Shown here: positions 1 to 8,798 of the stretch, piece by piece
Layout of the letters: each line of letters opens with the position of its first letter
Numbering within the stretch: position 1 is the first letter of the stretch
Assembly: GCA_963773975.1 (NCBI GenBank)
Contig: CAVZDJ010000050.1
Coordinates: 6,176 to 70,175 of the forward strand
Direction of reading: 5' to 3'
Source: an uncultured delta proteobacterium
GTDB lineage: Bacteria > Desulfobacterota > Binatia > Binatales > Binataceae
Length of the DNA stretch: 64,000 bases
Translations under genes and position numbers: made by a program
The notes under the pieces: generated by a model
Seen by the model: only the letters and a program-made list of their open reading frames with translations
Database searches by the model: none
Told to the model about the DNA's origin: nothing

Positions 1-1396
1 AGATCGCAAGGCCGCCGCCCAGCGTGATCGCGAGCGCGCGAAAGAACAGTCCCGTGATGTCCGAGACGAAGACCAGCGGCATGAAGACCGCGATCACCGT
101 GAGCGTCGAGGCGATGAGCGGGCGGCTGAGTTCGCCCAGCGCGCTCCCGACCGCGGCGTTGGTCGCGGCGCCGCTCGCATGGCCGCGATGGATCGCTTCG
201 ATCATGACGATCGCGTCGTCGATGAACAGCCCGATGCCGGCCGCGATCCCGCCGAGCGTCATCATGTTGAACGACATCCCGCAGAGCGCCATCACCACCA
301 GCGTGATCGCGATAGTGCAGGGCACCACGGCCGCCGCCACCAGCGCGCTCAGCACGCTCATCGTGAACATCCATACGACCGCGACCGACAGCGCCAGCCC
401 AAGCAGGATCGCGTCGCGCACGCTGGCGACCGACTCCGCCACCAGCGCCGCCTGGTCGTAAGAAATCGAGAACGTGACGTCCGGGTAGCGGCGTCGGAAC
501 TCGGCGACGATCGCGCGGGCCTGCTCGGCGATGAGCTCGGTGTCGCCGTCGGGCGTGCGCGATATTCCCACCAGCACCGACGGGCCGTTCTCGCTGGTGG
601 TGCGGATGTAATCCTCCGTGACGCCGGGATCGACCGAGGCCACGTCGCGCACGTAGATCGGCTGGTTGTTGACGGTGGTGATCGGCACCGCCAGCAGTTG
701 ATCGCTCTGATGCAGGCCGCCGGTGACGACCGTAAGCAGCATCCGATGCTGATCGAGCAGGCGGCCCGCGGACGCGATCACGTTGGCCTGCTTGAGCCCG
801 GTCACCACCTGGTCTGGCGTGAGTCCGTGCGCGAGCATCCGCGCCGGGTCCAGCCGCACCACGTATTCGCGGTACTTCGCGCCGACCATTTCGACCCGAA
901 AGACGCCGGCGACGCGATGGAGGCTCGGGACGAGATCGTAAAAAGCGACGTCGGTCAGCTCGGTCAGGTTGCGCACGCGCGAGCTCAGGCTGAGATCGAG
1001 AATCGGAAAAGTTCCGGTGCTCAGCAGGCGAGTGTCGATATGAGTGCCGGACGGCAGATGGGAGCGGGCCTCCGACAGAGCGGCGCCGAGCAGCTCGAAG
1101 CTCGTGATGGGGTCGCTGTTTTGGGCGAAGTTGATGTCGATCTCGGCGCTGCCACGCGTGGTGGTTGAGCGCACCAGCGTGGTGCCGGGGACGCTATAGG
1201 CCGCCTCCTCCAGCGGGCGCGTCACGGCAGCCAGCATCTGCTCGGCCGGAAGTTCGGCGCTGTCGGCGAGGATGATTGCGCGATGGAAAACGAACTCGGG
1301 GAAGACCGCGTTGGGAATCGATTGCGCCAGAATCAGGCCGAGCACGCTAAGCGCGATCACGGCGAACAGCGACAGGATGGTGGTGCGGCGGCTCAT
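1..1396 (-). CDS. RND efflux inner-membrane transporter (AcrB/CusA/CzcA family), N-terminal part; runs off the left edge
   Basis: Not in the ORF track because it has no stop in the window. Manual translation from ATG 1396 gives MSRRTTILSLFAVIALSVLGLILAQSIPNAVFPE...AVTRPLEEA...SYDQAALVAESVASVRDAILLG...FNMMTLGGIAAGIGLFIDDAIVMIEAI...PLIASTLTVIAVFMPLVF, with the typical RND TM4 DDAIV motif. It lies downstream of MFP and TolC genes. Confidence 0.93.
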   Translation of the reverse strand, partial: MSRRTTILSLFAVIALSVLGLILAQSIPNAVFPEFVFHRAIILADSAELPAEQMLAAVTRPLEEAAYSVPGTTLVRSTTTRGSAEIDINFAQNSDPITSFELLGAALSEARSHLPSGTHIDTRLLSTGTFPILDLSLSSRVRNLTELTDVAFYDLVPSLHRVAGVFRVEMVGAKYREYVVRLDPARMLAHGLTPDQVVTGLKQANVIASAGRLLDQHRMLLTVVTGGLHQSDQLLAVPITTVNNQPIYVRDVASVDPGVTEDYIRTTSENGPSVLVGISRTPDGDTELIAEQARAIVAEFRRRYPDVTFSISYDQAALVAESVASVRDAILLGLALSVAVVWMFTMSVLSALVAAAVVPCTIAITLVVMALCGMSFNMMTLGGIAAGIGLFIDDAIVMIEAIHRGHASGAATNAAVGSALGELSRPLIASTLTVIAVFMPLVFVSDITGLFFRALAITLGGGLAI

Positions 1397-1417
1397 AAGT
1401 CGTCAATCAGGCGTCAA

Positions 1418-2467
1418 TCACGGCGCTTGCGGCGCAGGTTCCACGACCGGCGTGGCGGCCGCGACGGGCGTCACGCTCGCGCGTACTTCGAGTCCGTCGG
1501 AGAGCGCGTAGCCGCCCGAGGTGATGACGAGGTCGCCGGGCTTGAGCCCGTGCGTCACCTGGACCTCGGAGGGATTGCGAACGCCGGTCGCGACGACGCT
1601 GCGGTGCGCGCGGCCGTCGGCGCTGACGGTGAAGACATAGGAGTTGTGGCGTTCGGCGTCCTCGAACAATGCGGCCGCCGGTATGACAACCGCTTCCGGG
1701 ACGGACCTCGTCGTGACATGGACCTCGACCGCGGCGCCGATTTCGCTGATCCGGTCGGAGCCTGTGAACCGCACCCACACCGGCGCGGTGGTTCCGCCGG
1801 CAGAGAAACTGGGAGAGAGCGACCAGACGCGCGCGGGGTAGACGACGCCCGGTTTGAGCGCGGAGACGACCGTCGCGTCCATCCCGGGCTTGAGCGCGCC
1901 GAGCCGGTTGATTGGCGCCTGGGCGTCGACATAAACGCTCGCGGGGTCGACGAGCTCGACCAGCGGATCGAATTCGTTGACGATCTGGCCGGGACTTACG
2001 ACGCGCTGGGTGACCAGCGCGCTCTCGGGCACGCGCACCGCGATGCCGGGGCCGCCGGAGTAGCGCTTGACCGAGCGCGCCAACGAGGCAGCCTCGTCGG
2101 GATCGATCTTTTGCGCGGCCTCGACGCCGGCCTCCGCCGCGTCCTCCTCGCGATTGACGATATGACCGATCACCTCTCCGCGATGAACGGAATCGCCGGT
2201 GGTGACCTCGAGTCCCACGACGCGCCCGGCCGCCGGGGCGCGCAACGTGAGCGTGCGCAACGCGGCGGTGACACCGGCCAACGCAAGCTCCTGGCGCATC
2301 GGCTTGACGGCGACGCGCGCCGCGCTTACCGCAAGCACCACCCTGGGCGCGGTCTCGGTTGCCGCGTCCTCGTCGGTGGCCGGTTTGCGGCATGCGCTCG
2401 CATTCAGGGTGGCAAACAGCATCAGGGCCGCAAGAAGAAAAAAACCGCGAGGGCTGCGCGATCTCAT
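1418..2467 (-). CDS. Efflux RND periplasmic adaptor (membrane fusion protein)
   Basis: C-terminal part of ORF 1418..3028. The ATG at 2467 overlaps the TolC stop (ATGA). Signal/lipoprotein-like N-terminus (LNASAC), lipoyl-like LRAPAAGRVVGLEVTTGDSVHRGEVI, and MFP tail AVVIPAAAL...GLKPGDLVITSG. Confidence 0.92.
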   Translation of the reverse strand: MRSRSPRGFFLLAALMLFATLNASACRKPATDEDAATETAPRVVLAVSAARVAVKPMRQELALAGVTAALRTLTLRAPAAGRVVGLEVTTGDSVHRGEVIGHIVNREEDAAEAGVEAAQKIDPDEAASLARSVKRYSGGPGIAVRVPESALVTQRVVSPGQIVNEFDPLVELVDPASVYVDAQAPINRLGALKPGMDATVVSALKPGVVYPARVWSLSPSFSAGGTTAPVWVRFTGSDRISEIGAAVEVHVTTRSVPEAVVIPAAALFEDAERHNSYVFTVSADGRAHRSVVATGVRNPSEVQVTHGLKPGDLVITSGGYALSDGLEVRASVTPVAAATPVVEPAPQAP

Positions 2468-3750
2468 TGGTCGAGTCCGAGCACCAGCGCGCCCTGGGCG
2501 GCCGCCTGGCGCGCGGCGAACGTCTGGTCGGGTCGCGCCAGGCGCAACTGCTCGACCTGCTGGAAAGCGTCGAGCACCTCGAGCAGCGTGACGTTGCCGC
2601 CGCCGAGAAAGCGCGTCCAGGTGAGCGCGAAGTTGTCCTGCGCGGTGGGCTCCGCGTCGGCAAGCAGTGCGAGCTGATCGCGCGCCTGCCGGTAACGCGG
2701 CTCCGCATCGGCCAGTTGCTTGCGCAATTCGAATTCGACCTGGCGCGCCTGGGCCTGGGCCGCCGCCACCTTGGCGCGGGCCTCGTCGATATGCGCGGAA
2801 ATTAGCCCACCGTCGAAAATCGGCATCGAAACCAATCCGTCGTACGACGCGCCGGCGTTGTGCGCGAAGGTGTGCGGCGGATTGATGCCCTGCCATCCGG
2901 CGGTCAGCGCCAGCTTCACGGTCGGATAGCGCTCGCGCTCCGCCGCCTGGACGGCGGCCTTGGCTGAGGCGACGCTCCTCTGCGCCGCCTCGAGCATCGG
3001 ATTGCGCGAAAGGTCCTGACCCGGCCACGTGGGCAGGCCGCTGACCTCGGCGACGGTGATATCCGATGGTCCGAACCGACCTGTCAGGGCGCCCAGCACG
3101 GCGGTGGTGCGCTCGACCTCGTGATGCGCGTTCGAGAGCGACAGGCCGGCGCTGTTGCTTGCGGTCTGGACCTTGAGCACGTCGTTGGCGATCGAACGTC
3201 CGCTCGTGCGGAGCGCCTTGACCACGGCCACGTAGCGTTTGAGGCGCGCGTCGTCGGCGACGAACTCGCGTTCGATCTCCTTCGCACGCACGACGTCATA
3301 GTACGCAAGCGTGGTATCGAAAATTATCCGGGCCCGCGCGGCGCGTACGCCGTATCTATCGGCCTCGCTCTGATAGAGCGCCGCGCGGGCCTCGGCCAGA
3401 CGGCGGCCGAAGTCGTAGGCGGTATAGTTGAGCGTGAGCATCGCGTCGGAGAGGCCGCCGTTGGTCACCGCGATGCTGTAGCCGGGCGCCTGCATGTATT
3501 CGGAGCCGGCAGAGAGCGAAGGATAGAGCGGCGCCCGCGCCTCGCGCACCATCGCGCTGCTGAGGTTGCTCTGCGCGCTCGCCGAAGCAACCGTCGGCGC
3601 GAACGCGAGCGCGCGCTGAACGGCCTGCTCGAGCGTGAGCGTTTCGCCGTGTGCGGGAGCGCAAAGCGCCGCAATTGGGAGCGTCGCGGTCAGGACTATC
3701 AGGGCTGTCTGGACCGTCTGGAAATGCCGCAGTAACGCTAGGGGCCGCAT
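2464..3750 (-). CDS. TolC-family outer membrane efflux protein
   Basis: Signal peptide, LTLEQAVQRALAFAP, two OEP repeats (YPSLS...; YPTVKL...VSMPIFDGG), and GGGNVTLLEVLDA. Confidence 0.93.
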   Translation of the reverse strand: MRPLALLRHFQTVQTALIVLTATLPIAALCAPAHGETLTLEQAVQRALAFAPTVASASAQSNLSSAMVREARAPLYPSLSAGSEYMQAPGYSIAVTNGGLSDAMLTLNYTAYDFGRRLAEARAALYQSEADRYGVRAARARIIFDTTLAYYDVVRAKEIEREFVADDARLKRYVAVVKALRTSGRSIANDVLKVQTASNSAGLSLSNAHHEVERTTAVLGALTGRFGPSDITVAEVSGLPTWPGQDLSRNPMLEAAQRSVASAKAAVQAAERERYPTVKLALTAGWQGINPPHTFAHNAGASYDGLVSMPIFDGGLISAHIDEARAKVAAAQAQARQVEFELRKQLADAEPRYRQARDQLALLADAEPTAQDNFALTWTRFLGGGNVTLLEVLDAFQQVEQLRLARPDQTFAARQAAAQGALVLGLDQ

Positions 3751-3831
3751 GGTCCTGCAAACTCCGTCCCGCCAAGGAATGCGTGCGCGAAATTCCTGAT
3801 CAGATCTAACAAGCGGCCCCCGCTGTGACCA

Positions 3832-3847
3832 ATTAACAAACGTTAAT
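3832..3847. promoter_or_regulatory. Palindromic operator candidate ATTAAC-AAAC-GTTAAT upstream of the efflux operon
   Basis: Perfect 6-bp inverted repeat forming an AT-rich island in GC-rich DNA, about 80 bp upstream of the TolC start. Confidence 0.55.
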
Positions 3848-3884
3848 GTTGGGGTTCGCTGGACGCGGGCCCATCGCGCGTCCG

Positions 3885-4409
3885 TCAGCGGCGCATCATC
3901 AGTTCGAAATACGACGCCTCGATTAGCTCGCCTGCGCCGACGCCGAGCCCGGCGAGCAGTTGGTCGACCCGCGCGCGTGCGGAACCTGCGCCGTCGATTG
4001 CGCCTTCCTCGCTCCGCTCGCCCAGTATCGCTTCGATCTCACCGAAGCTGCCGAGGGTCTCGACGCGATCGAGATGGAGGCGAACATTACACCGGGCGAG
4101 CAGCGTGCGATGCTTGCGCACCTCGGCAAGGACGCCGAGCGCGCGTGTGAGCATCTCGCGCGTGCGTGCGGGATCGGCAACCGGCACAATCTCGTAGCGG
4201 CTGAGCATCAGCCCGCTGGCGCGATCGCGCTCATACTGAATCAGCCAGGCCGCGGGCGGTTGCTCGCGCAACTTGAGCTTGCCGCGCGCGACGACAAAGA
4301 ACGTATCGCGCTGATTGAAGTCGGCGTCTGGCGTGTAGCCCAGCGCCAGCGCGGCGGCGCGCGCCGCGTCGAGATCGCTCAGGCGGAATTTAGCCTCCAG
4401 GTTGCGCAT
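3885..4409 (-). CDS. CYTH-domain protein (class IV adenylate cyclase-like triphosphate tunnel enzyme)
   Basis: N-terminal ExK motif (NLEAKFR), QRDTFF, KLKLRE, VRKHR, RLHLDRVETLGSFGEIE and C-terminal SYFEL. Confidence 0.9.
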   Translation of the reverse strand: MRNLEAKFRLSDLDAARAAALALGYTPDADFNQRDTFFVVARGKLKLREQPPAAWLIQYERDRASGLMLSRYEIVPVADPARTREMLTRALGVLAEVRKHRTLLARCNVRLHLDRVETLGSFGEIEAILGERSEEGAIDGAGSARARVDQLLAGLGVGAGELIEASYFELMMRR

Positions 4410-4544
4410 CTAGCGAGCTGTTTGCCGTCTTTTTCGCCTGGTTCCTTTTTACCGGTCCCGGTTACCACGTCCGCTTGATGAACCCGCGGCGGTGGAACAA
4501 TATCAGGCGCGCCCAACCATGTCCCCGAGCAGGAGAGAAACGCG

Positions 4545-4736
4545 ATGGACCAAAAGATTCCCTGCCAGCGGTCCGACTGCGACCAGCCGGGAAAGCTGCG
4601 CACGCTGACGGACCCCGCGAGCAGAAAAAAAGTAAAGGTGAGCCTGTGCGATAAGGATTACAAGGAGGCTCGTGCGAAGGAACAGCCGCCGTTGTGGCTG
4701 ACCGAACTGCTGACGCATATCGGGCTGGTCGGTTAG
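4545..4736 (+). CDS. Small hypothetical protein (63 aa), possible metal-binding (CxxxxC...CxxD)
   Basis: AGGAG RBS upstream, Lys/Asp-rich composition unlike shadow ORFs, and it fills an intergenic gap. Confidence 0.65.
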   Translation: MDQKIPCQRSDCDQPGKLRTLTDPASRKKVKVSLCDKDYKEARAKEQPPLWLTELLTHIGLVG

Positions 4737-4788
4737 CCGCGCGGGCCAAATTGGCGTTCATCCTCATCCATTTCCTGATCGATTTATC

Positions 4789-4818
4789 TTGACATCGTGC
4801 AAAGCCGCCGCATACGCT
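4789..4818 (+). promoter_or_regulatory. Sigma70-like promoter TTGACA-N18-TACGCT
   Basis: Consensus -35 and a 4/6 -10 box about 70 bp upstream of the ATG at 4888. Confidence 0.5.
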
Positions 4819-4887
4819 CGCACCGCCGCCGCGAATCCGCATATTCTTTGATCGTCAAGTAATGCTTCACCCAACGACTTGCTCACG

Positions 4888-6066
4888 ATGACTCACAGCG
4901 ACGTCGAGCGCGAAGACGCAAATCTCCGCGCGGCCGGTTTCGACCCGGCCGCGCCGCCCGCCGAGGCGCTCGCGCGCCTGGGCGAGCTGCGCGCCGCGCC
5001 TGGCGTGAGTCCCGCGGCGATCGCGCGCGCGCTCGGCGCGATCGCGAGCGCGGAAGCGGCTGCGATGCTCGCCGCGATGGAAGCGGGGGCGCGCGGCGCG
5101 CTGCGCCGCGAAGTCCGCCGCGCGCTCTTCCGGCTGGGCCAGCGCGGAATCGCGCCGGCCGCGGTCGCGGCAGCCCCGGCGCGGCCGGCGGCGTCGCCGC
5201 CGGCCGCGCCGGGGCTCAGTGCGCTGTTCTCGCCCGTCGACGCCGACGGCGCGCGCGTCGTGTGGCTCGTGAAGGAGCGCCGGGGCGGCGGACTCGCGCG
5301 CCTTTGGGGGCTGCTCGCGGACAGCGAGGGCCTGATCAACGTCGCACTGAGCGAGCTTTCGCGCCGCGAGTTGCGCACCGAGCGCGCCGAAATGGAGCGG
5401 CGCGCGGGCGTCACCATGGTCGAGGGCGACGCCGGCCTCGCCGACTACATCCTATGCGAGGCGTTTCGCCGCACGCCCGCCGACAGGCGCTCGCAGGTCG
5501 GAAATTTCCTAACCTTGCGCACCGAAATCGTCGGCTCGCCGCCGCCCACGGAAATCGTCCATCCGATTTATGCCGAGATGGCCTCCGCGCTGGAACATGA
5601 GCCGGCCGCCGATCTGCTCAAGGAGCCCGAGATCGGCGCGTGGAAATTTCCTCCCGCCGCGATCAAGCCGTACGTCGACGAGATCAAATCGATTCGGGAA
5701 AGCGTGCTGGTGCTGAACCGCGTCCAGCAGGAAGAACGCATCAATGTGATCGTCGAGCGCGCGGTTGGCGAGTTGCTCGGCGGCGAGCGCGCGGACGGGG
5801 TGCGGCGGCGGCTCGAGGACATCGCCTACTACATGGCGCGAAGCGGGCGGCGCGAGAGCGCGGGATGGGCCGCGGCGGCCGCCGCGCGTTTGCGCGACGG
5901 CGCCGACCCGGGCCGCATCGCGTTCTTCCAGGCGCTGATTCGCGCGCAACTGGGGGCGGTCTTCGCCGAAGAGCAGGAGCGCGCGCGCGAAGAGCCGCGC
6001 CTCATCATGACGCCGGCCGAAGCGATGCGCGCGCAGCAGCAACAGGCGCCTCCGCGGCGGCGCTGA
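4888..6066 (+). CDS. Hypothetical protein, helical (HEAT-like N-terminus)
   Basis: Long ORF with GC3-biased codons. The N-terminus ARALGAIASAEAAAMLAAM...LRREVRRALFRL resembles a HEAT repeat. No family recognised for the rest. Confidence 0.75.
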   Translation: MTHSDVEREDANLRAAGFDPAAPPAEALARLGELRAAPGVSPAAIARALGAIASAEAAAMLAAMEAGARGALRREVRRALFRLGQRGIAPAAVAAAPARPAASPPAAPGLSALFSPVDADGARVVWLVKERRGGGLARLWGLLADSEGLINVALSELSRRELRTERAEMERRAGVTMVEGDAGLADYILCEAFRRTPADRRSQVGNFLTLRTEIVGSPPPTEIVHPIYAEMASALEHEPAADLLKEPEIGAWKFPPAAIKPYVDEIKSIRESVLVLNRVQQEERINVIVERAVGELLGGERADGVRRRLEDIAYYMARSGRRESAGWAAAAAARLRDGADPGRIAFFQALIRAQLGAVFAEEQERAREEPRLIMTPAEAMRAQQQQAPPRRR

Positions 6067-6087
6067 TTTTGATGGGGCAGGAATTCC

Positions 6088-7287
6088 ATGCTCGATGAGA
6101 GACCGCTTGCCGGCATCCGCGTGCTCGACTTGAGCCGCGTGCTGGCGGGGCCGTTTTGCGCGATGAATCTCGCCGACCTCGGCGCCGAAGTGATCAAGAT
6201 TGAACTGCCAGGGCGCGGCGACGACTCGCGCGGCTACGCCCCGCGTATCCCCAACTCCAACGACTCGGGCTACTATTACAGCGTCAATCGCGGCAAGCTG
6301 AGCGCGACGCTCGATCTGCGCCAGCCCGCCGGCGTGACGGTCGCGCTCGACCTGGTGCGCCATTGCGACGTGGTGCTGGAGAATTTCGCGCCGGGCACGA
6401 TGGAACGTTTCGGCCTGGGCTACATGCAACTGGCCGCCGCCAACCCGCGCATCATCCTGTGCTCGATTTCGGGCTTCGGGCAGAGCGGCCCGATGACTTC
6501 CGCGCCCGCCTACGACATTGTGGCGCAAGCGCTCGGCGGCACGATGAGCATCACCGGGCCCGCGGGTGGCGACCCGACGCGATGCGGCGTGTCGATCGGC
6601 GATTTGGCCGCGGCGCTCTATGGTGTGATCGCGATCCTGTCGGCGCTGCGGTTGCGCGAGCGCACTGGCGTTGGACGCCATCTGGATATCGCGATGCTCG
6701 ATTGCCAGGTCGCGCTGCTCGAGGACGCGCTGGCGCGCTATTCGGCGACCGGCATCGTGCCGGGTCCGTTGGGCTCGCGCCATCCCTCGATCACGCCCTT
6801 CCAGCAGTTCCGCGCGGCCGACGGATATTTCGTCGCGGGCGCCGGCAATGAATCGCTATGGGCGCGCTTTTGCGACGCGATCGGCACGCCGGAGCTGAAA
6901 AGCGACGTTCGCTTTAAGCTCAACGCCGAACGCACCGCGAATCACGCCGAACTCGAACCGATTCTGAACCGCCATTTCGCCGCGCAGCCGCGCGGCCATT
7001 GGCTCAAGCTGCTTGGTGAGGCCGGGGTGCCGTGCGCGCCGATCGCCAACGTCGCCGAGGTCAGCCGCAATCCGCACCTCGAAGCGCGCCAGATGATCCT
7101 GCATGCCGAGCATCCCAGTTTCGACGGACTTATCGTTCCCGGCTCGCCGTTCAAGACCGCCGGCAAAGCCGAGGCGCCCAACACTCGCGCGCCCGCGCTT
7201 GGCGAAGATACAGAACGCCTGTTGCGCGAAGTCGCGGGCTATGACGCGGAGAAGATCGCCGCGCTGCGCGCCGCCGGCGTCATCTGA
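6088..7287 (+). CDS. CoA-transferase family III (CaiB/BaiF)
   Basis: PLAGIRVLDLSRVLAGPFCAMNLADLGAEVIKIE, NRGKLS, ENFAPG, SISGFGQSGP, AYD catalytic Asp, and APALGEDT. Confidence 0.95.
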   Translation: MLDERPLAGIRVLDLSRVLAGPFCAMNLADLGAEVIKIELPGRGDDSRGYAPRIPNSNDSGYYYSVNRGKLSATLDLRQPAGVTVALDLVRHCDVVLENFAPGTMERFGLGYMQLAAANPRIILCSISGFGQSGPMTSAPAYDIVAQALGGTMSITGPAGGDPTRCGVSIGDLAAALYGVIAILSALRLRERTGVGRHLDIAMLDCQVALLEDALARYSATGIVPGPLGSRHPSITPFQQFRAADGYFVAGAGNESLWARFCDAIGTPELKSDVRFKLNAERTANHAELEPILNRHFAAQPRGHWLKLLGEAGVPCAPIANVAEVSRNPHLEARQMILHAEHPSFDGLIVPGSPFKTAGKAEAPNTRAPALGEDTERLLREVAGYDAEKIAALRAAGVI

Positions 7288-7307
7288 GCCGCCTGAAACT
7301 CCTTTCC

Positions 7308-8792
7308 CTATGCGACGGCAGCTTCGCCGGCGCGCCCGCTGGCCGCCGGCGCAAGCATCGGGGGCATCGGCGAAATCGCAATCGGCTCGGGACGCGCGAC
7401 CAATGCGGCCAGTGCGCGAAGCGCGCTGGCCGCGGCCGCGATGCCGACGCGTCCTGCCACGGCCGGCGCGAAAAGATCGGAGAGCGGCCGGATGAGTTGA
7501 GCAACTTCGACCAGGCGCTGGCGCACGATCGGGTCCTTTGCCGCCAATCCGATGCCGTCGAGATAAGCGTTGAATAACTTCATCGAGAACGGCCGCTCGC
7601 CGAGCGTAAATGGAAAGCGCAGGTCCACGCCGGCCGACAATTTCCACGGGTCGCGCTGGATCCGCGCCTCGGCGTCGAAAAACTCGCGCGCGAACTCCGG
7701 CGCCGCCGGTGCGTATTTCTCCAGGCACGCGCGCAGCGTCGTGGCCGAGAGCGCCAGCGCCGTCATTCCCTGCGCATACACCGGATTGTAGTGGCAGAAC
7801 GCGTCGCCGATTGCGATAAAGCCGTCCAGCCGCTCGTTCCAGCGCTCGTAGTGACGCCAGTGATTGCGCATCGCGCGATTGGCGTACACCGGCGAGATCG
7901 GTTCCATCAGCCGCGTCATCTCGTCGATGATCGGCGAGCGCATCCGCTTGAGCGCCTCCATGAACTCGGCCTCGTGCGTCGGCGGATAGCGGCGGTTGAA
8001 GCCGGAGAGCGTGAGATGCCAGCGATTGTGCTCCTTGAGCTGAAAGTTGGCTTCGGTCAGATCGTCGGGGCGGCGCCGGATGTAAGCGCCCGCCCACCAC
8101 CACCATTGCTCGGGCCATTGGCCGGGTGGCGGCCCCTTGAACCAGCGCGAGGAATAGCCGGCCAGCGGATCGACCACGCTCTCGCGCGGCGGTTTGAGTC
8201 CGGCCGCTTCGAGCCATGCCGGCGCGCGCGAGACCGCACCGCTCGCGTCGACGATCAGATCGGCTTCGATCACCGAAGCCTTCCCGTCTTTGATGATCGC
8301 GGCGTTGCCATGCTGGCCCGCCGGAACCGTCACGCCGACGCATCGCGGCCGGCCGCCGTCGCGCGAAACTTTAAGCCCCGTCACCGCGACGCGTTCGCGC
8401 AGTTCGACCTTGGGCAGCTTGCGGAAAAGATCGCGCACGCACGATTCGATAAGCTCGCGGCTGGCGCTGAGAAATTTGAGGTCCGAGCGGTAACGCGGCT
8501 GCCATCCCTGCGGCCGCAGCACGACGAAATCCCAGGTATGGTCGTGAAACGTCGCGCCCTTCTCGACCGCGAGGCGCTCGAAATCGGGAAACGCGCGCTC
8601 GTACTCCCAAAGCCCGCGCACCAGCAGACCGTGCACGTGGCGCGCCTGCGGGACGCCGGCGCGATCCTCGACGCCTGCGGGAAAGCTGTCGCGGTCGAGC
8701 ACGGTGACGCGGTCGAAGAAGTCGCTCAGCACGCGGCCGGCGAACAGGCCCGAGAAGCTTCCGCCGATTACGACTGCGTGCGTGTTGGCCAT
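7308..8792 (-). CDS. FAD-dependent monooxygenase/oxidoreductase (LasC-epoxidase-like subfamily)
   Basis: HAVVIGGSFSGL Rossmann motif, RAGVPQARHVHGLL, ADLIVDASG, and IGDAFCHYNPVYAQGMT. Confidence 0.88.
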   Translation of the reverse strand: MANTHAVVIGGSFSGLFAGRVLSDFFDRVTVLDRDSFPAGVEDRAGVPQARHVHGLLVRGLWEYERAFPDFERLAVEKGATFHDHTWDFVVLRPQGWQPRYRSDLKFLSASRELIESCVRDLFRKLPKVELRERVAVTGLKVSRDGGRPRCVGVTVPAGQHGNAAIIKDGKASVIEADLIVDASGAVSRAPAWLEAAGLKPPRESVVDPLAGYSSRWFKGPPPGQWPEQWWWWAGAYIRRRPDDLTEANFQLKEHNRWHLTLSGFNRRYPPTHEAEFMEALKRMRSPIIDEMTRLMEPISPVYANRAMRNHWRHYERWNERLDGFIAIGDAFCHYNPVYAQGMTALALSATTLRACLEKYAPAAPEFAREFFDAEARIQRDPWKLSAGVDLRFPFTLGERPFSMKLFNAYLDGIGLAAKDPIVRQRLVEVAQLIRPLSDLFAPAVAGRVGIAAAASALRALAALVARPEPIAISPMPPMLAPAASGRAGEAAVA

Positions 8793-8798
8793 GGCCGC

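Noticed and set aside
24-2677. Plus-strand ORFs of 145, 329 and 464 aa
   Set aside because: Antisense to the RND and MFP genes; Arg/Gly-rich with no recognisable motifs.
4848-4858. TTGATCGTCAA as an FNR box
   Set aside because: Spacing does not fit TTGAT-N4-ATCAA.
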